The notes: generated from the letters alone by a model not told the origin. A stretch of DNA of 63,825 bases, filler included, from Sluysia triapertura (GCA_046118255.1; 5 parts of 5 records of this genome joined end to end with filler, not necessarily neighbours in it); one strand, 5' to 3'; shown: positions 26,164-39,147, counted from the first letter of the whole stretch. Numbers and translations: made by a program.

Positions 26164-28949
26164 TTTCAGAGTTGCAAAGATTCGACCAAACGTGTTCATA
26201 GAAATAGCTGCCAATACGGTCCTGCAACATCATATTTAGAAACAAAAGCCCGCAAATTAAGTTCATTAATATCGATTGAGTCTGAAAAAGCACTGCTTTC
26301 GCGTTAGTTTTCTTGATTTCTATTCCTATAACATGATTTTTATGTTGTGTATAATGTGTTTAAGGAATTGAATTGTGCGTTTATTTACAAATACAGTTGT
26401 AAAATTTAAAATTATGTTAATTTAAGTAATTAAATTTTTCTTTACACAAATCGAATGTCTAAATGTTGTCTTATGTTGTATAGGTTTTATATGTGCTTAT
26501 TATAATAACCCTTATTCTGTACTAATAACATACACTTCTTTATAGACTCTTGTTCCTAATGTTGGTATTTTTCTAATTACTCAACAAGTATAGTTTTTAT
26601 AATTTATGGGTTCGCCTATAATCTACGATTTAGATCCCAAGGAAGACGTAGTTATAGGAATAACAGTCAAAAATTTTCTGCGGTAAGAATTCCTTAATCT
26701 TCGGTATACAATTTCGCTAATTAAAGAAAAAGTTTAATCCTTTAATAATTGTTTGAGGGTCTCTTGATCACTAAAGCAAAATTCTTTATACTAATATCTT
26801 AATATTTTAACTTTATACTAATAAGTCTATCGACTATTAAAATATATTATAAACAAAGTAAAATAGGAACAATTAGACAATATATAAATAAATGTTGCTA
26901 ATAGGATTTCTCCTAATAATATACTTCAAAAGTTTTAAAAGATTTTAACCTAGGCGAATGTTTGGGCTTTGAAAGTTAAGAATAGTTTACGTTGATTTTA
27001 ACATAAAATTAACAATGTGTAAGGACTTAATATAAATAGCTTACGAATTTTGTAACATGGAATGTAGTCTCGATCTGAGTATAGAAATTGTTGACAAATC
27101 TGAATACTACCAAATAAAATATATTTCCCAATACGAGTCTCGATCAGAATTATTGTAGTTAACAAAATCCAAATATATCACCAATGTAGCTCCAAATCAA
27201 ATTTAGTATTACGAAATTAACTGCGAGTCGTAATTGAACTCTTTTGTATACTTGTGTTTTTCTGTACTTGTGAATATCAACTAAAAATCGCAAGCTATTT
27301 GTATTAAATCACTCTTTTGAACTATACCGGAAATTTTTTGAAATATACCGGCAATTGCTATTAAAAGATAAAATTATATGCACTTCAAACTTTTTATTTT
27401 GATAATAAAATTGATTCATATGATTATAAAATGATAAAATTAATTAGATTATTAATTAGATTATATGTATAATTCTAAAATTAAATATTTTCTAAATTAT
27501 CGCAAAATTACTAAACAAATTCTAAATTATTACAAAATTACTAGACAAAATTCATATTTTAATAGTTACTAAACAAAATTATTTTCAGAATTTATTTTAT
27601 TACATTACATAATCATGTATTTTCAATAACTTTTCAATATTTACACTAATGACATGATTTTATTGCAATTAAATATATCACCTAATTAATGATATCACTA
27701 CTGTAAAGACATGATTCTCAACCATCATTTTAATTTGATTTTATGTGATTTCACTGATTATTAATTAATTATCCATTTGACTTTTAATTGTTAATTTGTT
27801 TTTATTTCATTGTTATTTAATATTATTATTAAATATTATATTTAAAAAACATTTAAGATAAAATAAAATAATAATAATAATAAATTGTACATTATTCAAA
27901 ATAAAAAATAAATTATTTGTTTTAATTCTGAAAAGTAATATTGTTTAAATGAAATAATTATTTTAATGCCAAAATTAAAAAACAAAATGAAGGATTAAAT
28001 TTGTCTATATAAAGTAAATTTTTCTGGAACTATGACACAACAAAAATTACAAAAATAGTCTAACTTTCGAAGGACAGCATAAAATAAATTTGGTTTTAAG
28101 ATCCGGATAATCTTATCGCTGCTGAATATTCCATAAATTACTATACTCCATGATGAAAAAGTAATTTTTATTTCAGAAGTTTGAATAAAATCCTAATTCT
28201 AAGATAATAGGATTAATAAAATCTGACTTAAAATATTATTTTATTTCCTAGACCGTAAAAATTCTAGGTTAATTTGTAATTCTAACTTTTCTGATATGAA
28301 CTCCTAAGCTTTAAGCTTAAGGCAGAAAAATCAATATTTTTATTTTTAGACATATTTTGTACAACGTCTATTGTGAATAGTACAATTTAAAGATCTTGAT
28401 ATCTTATTTATTAAAATCGTAAAAGTATTGATCTGACCGTAAAAATACTGATTTAATTTATAAAATAAATTCTATGTTGGCAGACCGTAAAATAGGCTGT
28501 CTTAATCTCGATAATCGATTACGAGCATTTTAATAATCTTATTTTTGACGGTAGAGTGAGTGACTTGTGAATATCCATTATTAGTAAGGTCTAATTAGAC
28601 CGTCGTCAATTTTTGGAATAAAGCGTATCTAATTAGCCGAACCCGTCTCCGGATCTTATATATTTTGCTAAGCAGGTCTCTCTTAAGCTAGAACCCTCGC
28701 AAGACTAATAATATTAGTCAAAATCTTGAAAATTATTTGACAAATATTCGACATTTTTCAATTGCAATTGATGAAACTACAAATATTATCGGCCAAGCGC
28801 AACTTCATATTTGTATTCATATTTCTATTCGTGACAAAGATATTACATTAAATGAAGAACTCCTCGACATTTTATCTCTTAAAAACACCACTACAGGTCA
28901 AGACATTTTTGAATCCGTTGAGAAGCTTTTAAATAAATATAATCTTCCT

Positions 28950-31651
28950 GTGGTGACCAATCCCTCATCCAAAATTATAATTATTATATCACACAAAATA
29001 TTATCTCCTAACATCTTACATTCTACCTTTTACATTCACTAAAACCTTATTCTGACCTTTTCAAAACATTTTTATTTCATAACTTTATAACATTAAAATT
29101 ACATTTATTTTCAGATTAATAACATAGATTTAAAAATTCATTTAAAGCATTTTAACTCATAATTTCATAACATTATAATCATAATTACATTGATTAATAT
29201 TGTACAATTACCTTTTCAGAAAGTATCACAAAACCTTTTCTATACTTTATTTTTTTAGATCCACTAAAACTATTCTCATTCCAAAACATTATAAATTTAC
29301 AACACCAAAACTACACCTACATTCAAAATCATTAAATTTTATTCAAAACATTTTAATTCACAAATTCGTAACACCAGAATTACAATTTACATCTTAAACT
29401 AACAAATATACATCTTAATATCAATCCAAAACATTTCAAGTTTACAATCCTTTAACATTCAATCGTTAGTATCACCGAAAACATTAAATTAACAATTTGA
29501 AACCATTTCAGATGTTGCAGTCAAAATGACATTTCTTCAATATCTTTAGTTACGTATGATTTTCTTTAAATAATCTTCCATCAATTCTATCTCGGTAATC
29601 AGTAAATAAAGTTTCTTTTAAAGAATAAAATTAGAATATATATTTCAAAAGCTTTCAAAGATATGAAAAGATCATGTAAGAATAAAATAAGAAAATTTTA
29701 TTTCAAGGCAAAGACTTATGCGTTTATTTCTATTATATTATATTTTATTTAATTTTAATATTATTGTTTTTTTTCATTTATTATAATTATAATTATTATT
29801 AATTTCAGTCATCTTTTATTATTATTATTATTATTTTGTTGAATTTTTTATTATTATTGATATTAGAATTAATTTTATCATCTTCGTTATTAACATTGCA
29901 CAATTGACATTTTTAATCACAGTTTTGATTCAAAACTGTTACTAAATCAAAAATCGCATACATTATGCTGATCGTAGTAACAGTTGTCACATCCATATAT
30001 TAATTCTGACCTGATTGGATGTGGTTATTTTCATTCAGATGTGGACGTCCAATCACAAGAGAGTAGACTGTTTATCAATAACACTAATAAAAATTAAACG
30101 ACACAGTACTTACTTTATATGAGGCAACTATTAAAAATTATTTTGTGTTAAAAACTTATTGAATTTAAAAGTAAAAACAATAGAGTATAAAATAATTACT
30201 TTTGTGAGACATTTTTGATGCTTATAGTAACGTTTACTCTGTAATATACATTGATAGTATTACAATTATTAGTGAATCGGATGGTTTATTATGATTATCA
30301 TGATATTATATTATTATGATCACTGCATTTCAACAATAAAATATAGAAAGAACATTTAGTTTATATCATTCAAATATGTTGATAGAAATAGAATACTCGA
30401 GTTTGGTGAAAAAGATAATTTAAAAATTGGCCATGTTTATTCTGTTAAGGCAAGCAAATAAAAGATAGTAGATTTGAAGATGGATGTGATGTATTGCAAT
30501 ATTTTAAAGACCAGCAAATGTAAAACTTGTTAAGCCAAAGTTAACTATAAATAAAAAATTAATTTTAGCGAGTATGTTTCATGGATTACACGAAGTATCA
30601 CTGAAAGTTATAAACCATTTGAATTGTGAAATTAATGAAATTTATGTTAGATTAATGCAAGTACAAAATATTAGTACAAGAAGTTTAACTGCACGATTTT
30701 ATCTCAGTCGAAAGAAATTACTATGATTTATACAAGTAACAGAAAAGTCATATTATCAGGTTTAAATCATGCCTATTCTTTGAGATATAAAATGATAAAG
30801 CAGATTGATGGTCAAGTTGTAGAAATACCTATTAATATATTTTCAACGGCTCACGAATTAGTTATGATAAATATATTAGATGTTGATTCATTTGTTATGA
30901 CAAATGAAGTAGCATCACTAAGGACAGACTTGTCCAATGAAAGATCAAAAACTGGCAGTTTTAAGTTTTTCTATAGTGGTAGCGAACATTTGCATATAAA
31001 TCCATAGAATTATGCTAATGAAGACAAAAACTACTAGATGGCTCTTTGTTTATATGAAACTACCAAAACTGGCAAATGTTCCTGGTATGGCAAGAATTGT
31101 AGATATTGCCACGGAATTTATGAATTAAAGATGTTCATAGTCATCCAGAAAATTTCAATGATCATTATGATAGAATGAAATCTATCTTATCAACCTTGGG
31201 ATTCGTACTTGACTTACAAAACTTATCCATTAGTGCTGCTGCTCTTACTAGTGATAGTGGTACTGAAGTTCCATCCGTTTCAGTGATACAAGGTGAGATA
31301 GAAATATTTATATATCTTTTTTCAATTTTTATTGACCTAAATCATTTTTTTTTCTTATATTTTTTTAGAAAGACACATGAATCCTTGTCGTGGCATAATC
31401 AAAAATGACAAAACAATTTATAAAGATATTCGTTTTTTGTATAAACCTAAGCAAAATAAATAGTTTTAGTTGTTTTTTGCGATTATTCATAGATTTTAAT
31501 AAATTTAAATTAATTGTTCTCGTAAAGTCTGCGAAGAAATATAATTGTAAAAATAATTTTCCATTTTTGATTACACTTTTTAACAAAAGTAAATTAATTT
31601 TATTTGTGATTTCAGTAAAGTATAATAATATCTATAATATTAAACCAAACC
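28950..31651 (+). mobile_element. 2.7 kb inserted element carrying an intron-containing CCCH zinc-finger gene
   Basis: Interrupts the hAT ORF exactly and is flanked by a TCCT duplication (28946-28949 / 31652-31655). Contains a G-poor 5' tract, the shared AAAGACTTATGC module, an inverted CCAAT pair (30012-30055) and coding cargo. Confidence 0.8.
30370..31463 (+). pseudogene. CCCH (TIS11/ZFP36-like) zinc-finger-containing gene, disabled
   Basis: ORF 30723-31007 continues in frame past TAG stops at 31005 and 31035 into KNY*MALCLYETTKTGKCSWYGKNCRYCHGIYELK (C-x9-C-x6-C-x3-H with a YKTELC-like lead-in and HG..EL tail). A frameshift leads into ORF 31175. GTGAG...TTTTAG intron at 31293-31368, stop 31461-31463. 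The 5' boundary is approximate. Confidence 0.7.
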
Positions 31652-33189
31652 TCCTTTATCTAAATTAGTATGTGTAGTTACAGACGGTGCGAAAGCAGTG
31701 ACAGGAAGAAAAAATAGATTTAAAGCTAAATTATTAGCTAAACAACACGATATTTCTCCAGACAACCAATTTCATCCTATTCAATGCATCATGCATGAGG
31801 AGATACTGTGTTTCAAAGTAATAAAAATGGAAAAAGTTCTTCATTTTGTCAAAAAATATAAATTTTATGAATCAACGACAATTTTCATTTTTACTGTTAG
31901 AAATTGAAAATAAACATGATGGCTTAATTTATTGTACAGTAGAGCGTTGGCTTTCTTGCCACAAAATTTTGATGCTGTTCTGGGAACTTCGTAATGAAAT
32001 CAAACCCTTCTTAGAAATGAAAGATCACTCAGTTGAACAATTTAAAGATAAAAATTGGATGCATGATTTAACCTTTCTAATCGATCTTACACGACATTTA
32101 ATGAGTTAAATGTAAAACTTCAGGTCGAAATAAAACTATCACAGATGTGGAGTTTATTAAGGCATTTAAATTAAAACTCGCAATTTGGAAAAAACAACTA
32201 AAAATTGTGATTAGTCCATTGTCCCGCTTGTAAAAGTTATAAAGAATCATATATTAATTGTAATTTTGTTAAATATACTTCATATTTTGAAGATCTGTTG
32301 TTAGAATTTGAAATAAGATTTCACAGTTTTCAAGCGTGAGAAGACTTTTTGTTGTTCGATCTCCCATTTTCGTATAATGCTGAAAAAGCAAGCAGCAAAG
32401 TGCAAATGGAGTTAGTGGAAATTCACTGCAATGCGGCACTGCAAGAAAAATATAATGAAGTGGGCGTACCGAGTTCTATTCGTATTTGTCTGAAAACTTT
32501 AATGAAATGCGACTGTTTGCTTCAAGAATTATTGCGATGTTTGGAAGTACTTATTTATGTGACATACTTTTTTCTTTACTAAAAATCAATAAATCGTCAG
32601 ATAGATCAAGGTTAAATAATGAGCATTTAGTTTCAACAATAAGAACATCATAATCTCAAAACATAACACCTAACATTATGAAATTAGTTAGTGAGAAACG
32701 TTATCAGTCATCGTCGAAACAATATTAAATTTTTGTACTGTTTTTGTAATCAGTATGTGCAATAAAACAAATAAAAATGAAATATATACTTTTTATTTAT
32801 AAACTTTGACACCGAGGTTCGATTTTGTGTGGGGCCCGCAAAATTTTCTGAACTAAATGTTTTGCCCTCGAGTTGTAGATAAACTCAGTTAGAGTCAAAT
32901 TGTTCAATATTACATGATCTCGTTATCTCTGACATGAAAAAGAATCTAAGTAATCGTCAGCAGTGAATAACCAGGCTTTGTAAATTTACAGAAAATTGTG
33001 TCCCGTTTTGTAATATTTTTATACTTTCATCTATTTTTGCTTAAACGTGTGTGCAAATAACAAAAAGGATAACGAGTTCTGTTGCATCCCCATTGTTGAC
33101 CACGTGTTTGATTTTTATACATGTAAATGATTATTATTTATGACAAAATGTGTGTGAATTTATCTTGAAATAATTAAGCGCTTACATAT

Positions 33190-33460
33190 TTCTGAAACAG
33201 AAATAACTTTGCCTTTTTCTTAAATATTTCATAATCTTCCAGTAATTTGACATTCTCTGGTAGCTATTTGTATACCATATACAAGCTATCACCAAGCTTA
33301 TTATCACTAGAGATTGTGTCTCAATGAAATATTCATCTTGGTTTCCAAAGTTTTTATTATTTCTAAGCAACATTCAGGACTTCTATAATGTAAGCACTTG
33401 TAAGTTATAGTCATGAGTTTGAATTTTATTCTTGCTTTTATTGGCAAGCAATCCAGTAAA
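33190..33460 (-). repeat. Second fragment of the LINE-derived sequence at ~19880-20120
   Basis: Shared TTTTTCTTAAATATTT.ATAATCTTCCAGTAATTT, ATTCAT.TTG.TT.CC.AA.TTTTTATTATTTC.AAG and TAAGCA.TT.TAA.TTAT.GTCAT. Confidence 0.75.
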
Positions 33461-33808
33461 TTATTCAGTATATATTAGAAGTTATTTTAATAATTTTAAA
33501 GCATTAATTGGAGAAGAACTAGCCACATGAACGCACAAAAATTTTAAATTTAATAGCTGAATAGATTTGGTCGACCTTATGAATGTACGTGGATGTATCA
33601 AAACCTATTCAATCGTTTGACTGCTACTTAGAAAAACCTCATTTTTGGGTTAATTCAATATAAAGTACTCTAGTGAAGAACATATTAAACAAAAACGGAA
33701 AAGGTCATTCGACCGATCGTGGTAGGTTTAGGTTTTTATAGGTCTAGATATTCAAACAGTTTTACAGTGAATTCACAAGCATCGTTTAGCAAACAATAAC
33801 AAACTTAC

Positions 33809-34640
33809 CTACTACGGTCATCCAGGGCCATATTTGTTGATTATTATCCACAGAACCAACATCATCCATAGCACCATTTCCACATCCGGATCCAAAACTT
33901 TTGTTATCGATTTCTTTACATTTTTTTTCATCATCCTCATCGTCATCGTCTTCATCTTCGTCATCATCTGGAATTTCACATCTATTCTTATTATTTTTTA
34001 TATCATTACTTTGGTTATTATTATTATTATTATTGTTGTTATTATTATTATTAATATCTGTATTACTACCACTGTTTTGATCTGTTAAATAACTATTGTT
34101 ACCAAGCCGACCACTGTTGCCATATAAATCTAGTGGGAAGTTAGTAATGAATTCTAATGGCGGTGCTTGTGTAACTTGTTGTTGTGTAATTGGTTGTTGT
34201 ATTTGAGTATTAGCATTAAGATCACTTAATTCAAACAATGATCCCATATTTTGTGGCTCATAATTTGTATTGGAACACGAATTATGATTCGTTGTTAAAG
34301 AAACCATAGCTAACGATGGATAATTAGCAACACTAGCTGCAGCTGCCATAAGATGTGGCATGCCAGTCCAAAATGGATAATTGCTTGGATCATACGATGA
34401 TAAATGTTGCAAATCGTTATCAGTAGTCTGACTGTGATTATTATTAATTGTGAAGTTATTATATAATGTTTGGATTAATTCTTTTTGTTCATTATGATTT
34501 GAAGGATTAAAAACTTGTTGGTAACCATGACTGCTGCTGCTGCTATTGTTGTTGTTGTTGCTGCTGGCAGAAAATGTTGCATCAAACATATTACATGTAT
34601 GATTATCGAAATGAAAATTTTCTATGCAAGACGAACTCAT
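33809..34640 (-). CDS. Central-class Hox gene (Lox2/Lox4-like), exon 1 only
   Basis: Starts MSSS, has low-complexity N/Q/D tracts, and ends QQIWPWMTVVG with a phase-1 donor G|GTAAGT at 33808. A hexapeptide followed by a short 'xVVG|' linker is the Lox2/Lox4 (Ubx/abd-A group) arrangement. No homeobox exon found in the window. Confidence 0.75.
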
Positions 34641-35314
34641 CAGAAATTAGTATATTTCTACTTGCAATTTCTATTAGAAAATTAACTAAAAAACTGGTTT
34701 TTAGTGAATTATTAAAATAAAATCCAATTTGATGAATTTGATTGGTTGAAATAAAAACTCTTACAAATTATTGCAACAAATAAAAATTGAAATTGATTTT
34801 TTATTTTGCGTTGTTTTATTTTAACTTGTTGTATATATAATGATAATAATAATTAATAATAATATTAATAATAATAATATGTAATATAATATAGAATTAT
34901 TCTTTGATCAATACCGTATAATATTTTCTGTATATTTTTGTGTGTACATCATTTCAATGTGTTCCAATGTGTGCATGTTTTTTGGTAATTTTTTTTTGTA
35001 CATTTTAAATTGTCCAATATTAATGTTTTATTCAAATTTTACAGAAAAATGATTTGTCTGATTAAACAGGTTTTATAATATGTGTACAATAAAAAAAAAC
35101 CTTTGTTTTTATTCGTGATGATGACGGTATTATTAAAGACTTATTTGTATGTATTAATTAAAAACATTGATTTTGTCTGATAGAATGTAATCATATGCTA
35201 GCACACACACATGTGTTAACATGCATGCATAGACTTGAAGTAGATTTTTGTTTAGTTCAAATCAAGGTCAACTCGTAAATTATACCTAAAATATATTTTA
35301 ATTCAATTAGGCTA

Positions 35315-35345
<31 letters not shown>

Positions 35346-36886
35346 TTAAAAGGTATTATTAATATAATTTTTATTAATATTACATACAAAGATCAAAAGG
35401 CACTCATATTAAATGAAGTATATGATTACTTAATGATTAAAATTGATGTAACATGATAATTATTCAACCAACTATTGAAAAAAATTAGTATAATATTTTT
35501 ACGATGGCGTTTTGTATTTTTGTTTAAATGCTTCAATTTAATTTTCCTATTGTTCTGTCTGAAAACTATTTCTTTGTTATTTTATTACAATACCTATGGA
35601 ATTAAATGTTATTGTGATGCACAATTAGTACAAAACATTAAACAATGATTCTAAGTCGGTGTTTGTATGCCAGTACGCAATAACAATATGCTGTGATTTT
35701 TTCTATTCTAAATCTACTCCAAAATAAGAATTGAATGGGCTCTGATTACAGTAAACGTCTTATGTCATAAAGATGACGTACTCAAAACATCTAAATCTTA
35801 TGTGATTATGATTTACCAATTAATTCCACGACGAACAAATCAAATAGTAATACAAGAATGATCAAATAATATTGTAAAGAAAATAGCAGTGAACAAAATT
35901 AATAATTTATGACTAAAATCATTTAGAATATTTAATCTTTTATCTAATGGATTTTAATTTCAAATTTTGTCCTCATTAGATCGGTGTGTTTAAAAATTGT
36001 TAAGAAAATTGGAAACCCTACTAAAAATATTTAAAATACAATCGATTAATTGACTGAATTTCTGAATGCTCCAATAAAATTTGAGAATTAAAATAACAAG
36101 CTACAAAATGATGATTAAAATCCAATATGGCTGCCACTAATTACAAATGACGATTCTCATTAAACAGATGCTTGTTTATATACTAGTCATCAACCAATAG
36201 GAATCAATGGAATGTTATATAACATTCTAGAAACTTATTTTCTGTTTTTAAAAAATCGTTTTCGTTTTTTTGGAAAATAATGTTCTTTTAAGGAATTTAG
36301 TGATTTTAAAGTGTTGTAATGACAACTTACAAAATACAAAATTAGAATAATATCTTTTTTCAAACCAATACCGAATTGCTAATAGTTTTGTGCTGATTTT
36401 TTGAACCTGAAAAGAAGTAATCGTAGTTGTCCTTTAATTATGACATATAAACGTATCTTTGTTTTTTTTTATTAAGGAAGTAGTTCATTATTTCATAGGG
36501 TTTAGTTTTACTTTAGCAACATCACCTAATAACTTTATAACTCAAAACCTTTAATCATAATCACATGTTCTTAGAATTCTCAGTTTGACAGTTGTTAACC
36601 TTAGTTTCGTAACCCTTAGAAATTATTAATTTAATAGGAAAAAAGACCATACGATTCAGTTACAACCTTGGGTCGTTGCATGTAAAGAAGTGGTTCCAAG
36701 TTATATTCGTAATTCGTCAGGGGAAGTCATTAATTATGATATTACAAATGATAACTCGTTTCACAAATTGCATGGACAATATTCGTTAATGATGCTATTA
36801 TCGATATGAAAGAAAAATAGAAAATAAAATTTCGCCAATTAAATGCTATGGTTATATAAATAAATGCAAACAAGTGACAATTAGAG

Positions 36887-37180
36887 CAAGGCTTCTTAAA
36901 CTTTTTTCATGCACGACCCCATTTATGATTGCGAGTTTCCTGGCGACCCAAATAAATATAAAAGAAAAAAACACAGCTAGAATCATTGTATCGCTGCACG
37001 TGTGCGCGCGCATTTCAACCTTTGTTTGTTTGCAGGTGTGTGAATGTGACTCTAACCAAATATACAACTAGATGTTATAAAATCGTGCATTTAAATATTT
37101 GACATTAGAATCTCTCGCGACCCCAGAATTTTGCTACGCGACCCCATTTGGGGTCGCGACCCATAGTTTAAGAAGGCCTG
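36887..37180. mobile_element. 294-bp hAT (Charlie/Buster-type) MITE with perfect 8-bp TSD
   Basis: TIRs CAAGGCTTCTTAAACT / AGTTTAAGAAGGCCTG (14/16 match). TSD AATTAGAG at 36879-36886 and 37181-37188. Repeated CGACCC subterminal motifs. Confidence 0.92.
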
Positions 37181-37514
37181 AATTAGAGCAAAAGTAGTAA
37201 TTCAATGTTAAGATTATCGTGATAAATACTAAAATAGTAGAAGGTCATTTTATTGGTATGTCCATTGTAAGTAAAATTCATTTTGAATTTACATTGTTGT
37301 ACACTTGATAACGTTGTTAATTATTTTGTTAGGATCGGTCTAAACATCCTGAGTTTAAGTGACATAAAAAGTAAATTTATTTTAAAACTTCACGCTTTAT
37401 TTTATTTTAAAACTTCGACTTTAAGATTGGAATAAGTTTTATCCGAAACGTTAACTTAATTCTAATCACAATTAAATTACTAAGTATAGTGACGTAAAGA
37501 TCGACAATGAATTA

Positions 37515-37583
37515 TTCTGAAGTTTCGAACTTGGGACCTCTCACTGCGCGCAGTTTGATGCTCTACTACTGAGCTATCAGCCG
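37515..37583 (-). pseudogene. tRNA-like sequence (tRNA pseudogene or tRNA-derived SINE head)
   Basis: Minus strand GGCTGATAGCTCAGTAGTAGAGCATC...GGTCCCAAGTTCGAAACTT has an A box/D arm and a B box/T loop. The anticodon arm is poor and the 3' acceptor strand is missing. Confidence 0.65.
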
Positions 37584-39147
37584 TGTCTAACAATACCAAA
37601 TGGCACCTTAGGTCTATATCCCAACATTATTATAGTGTTGAATGTTGGCTAGAGTGGAGAAAACTATAAAAGCTTATGTCTTCATATCTTAAGAAAACCA
37701 TCAAATTAATATTAGATTGAAAAGTGGAGAATTTGTAACTTCAGAACGATACTAAGTGACCAGTTGTTTGGAAAAAGGGAACGAATTAATTAAAGAAATA
37801 AGGTATTTAATCACATCTTCAAGAATAACTTAAGCTAGATAAACTGGATGAGAAAACTTTATGTAATTTTGGAATTTTAAATTTTATTACGAGATGGAAC
37901 GATATTTTAGTTGAAGTAATATCTAAAAGACATTATACAAGTACGGTTTTCGATAAAAAAACCTTTGTAGATAATAGCTTTTTTCATAATTTGTCCCGTG
38001 TCTCGCGACGTTTTTCAAAAGTCCCGACTTTTAGAATTAAGTTAAATTTTATATTTATGAAAATCATTGTTTTGCGTTCTNNNNNNNNNNNNNNNNNNNN
38101 NNNNNNNNNNNNNNNNNNNNNNNNTTAATTAATTAANNNNNNNNNNNNNNNNNNNNNNNNNNNNNNNNNNNNNNNNNNNNATACCAAAATAAATAATCAA
38201 ATATTTATAAATTTTAAACCATAAATACGCCATATTTTTAAAAAAATTAATGATATGGTTAATTTATTTAAGTCTTATTAAGCATTATTTATTAGAATAT
38301 CTTTTCTAGACAAGGAATCTTAAATTAAATTGTGAGCCTAACGTAGAAAGAAAACAAATATTATCATAAGATTTTGCTTGTATTCATCAAAACGTTTATA
38401 GACATCACAAAGGCCATTTCGTTGCACCAATGTCTCCGTACTTCTAAAAAAAAGTCTTTCGATTGTTCTTCGAAATATTTCTTGAGAATAATTATCAAAT
38501 TTTAACGTCTTTAGAATTTCTTTAATAGTTTAAGTAACTAAAAATCTAAGTCAAAACTATATAGTTAATGTTTTATTTCAGTTAATTCTTTGATCATTCT
38601 TTTCATATTTATTATGGTGTTTATTGGAGTATTATCATTTTTATCATTGATGTTCAACGACTTTTTACGATAATTTTGAATAATCTTCATTCTATTGATT
38701 CCAAATATTCATCAATCTGTCAACTTTGACACTAAAATCCGAAATTCTTTCATTATTAAACTCCTTAATCTATTTCTTAATAGATTCATACAATAAATAT
38801 TCATTTTTATAGACATTGTTTAATTCTTTGAAAATCCTTGGAGAAGAAAGATCTTTATCATTGATCCGCATTCAACTTCATTCATATTATAGCAAATTTT
38901 CTCTAAATAAAATATAATATTAAAACAAATCTGGATATAATTATAGAACTTTTACCTTTTCATTGGAAAGCTCACTATTTAATCACTGTACCATTTATAA
39001 ATAAAAAATACACTCATATTATCTTTATTATTTCCTTTATATGGCATTTTACATTCCACATAAAATCAGTAGACTATACAGATTAATAATTTATTTTATC
39101 TTTTAATTTTTTAGATTAAGATTTTTCATATTATTTATATCATTTAG

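Larger units (their letters stand above)
28660..32880 (+). mobile_element. Degenerate hAT transposon (SPIN/GTF2IRD2-like transposase) split by a 2.7 kb insertion
   Basis: 5' part FSIAIDETT...QAQL...EELLDILSLKNTTTGQDIFESVEKLLNKYNLP (to 28949) rejoins in frame with LSKLVCVVTDGAKAVTG (from 31656). It continues HPIQCIMHEE, YCTVERWLS, WMHDLTFLIDLT.HL, FGSTYLCD.LFS..KINKS..RSRL, with a stop at ~32728. GGGCCCGC subterminal motif at ~32832. Confidence 0.9.

Noticed and set aside
26032-26293. Poly-Leu / poly-Ile ORFs
   Set aside because: Translation of an (AAT)n microsatellite and N gap.
29495-29515. Minus-strand KWFQ as the missing homeobox
   Set aside because: Context (QHLKWFQIV) lacks WFQNRR and helices 1-2.
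31005-31037. TAG reassignment or readthrough as an alternative genetic code
   Set aside because: The same locus also has a frameshift, and the intact host exons in the window contain no in-frame TAG.
36852-37071. Two overlapping short ORFs
   Set aside because: They lie within the non-coding hAT MITE.
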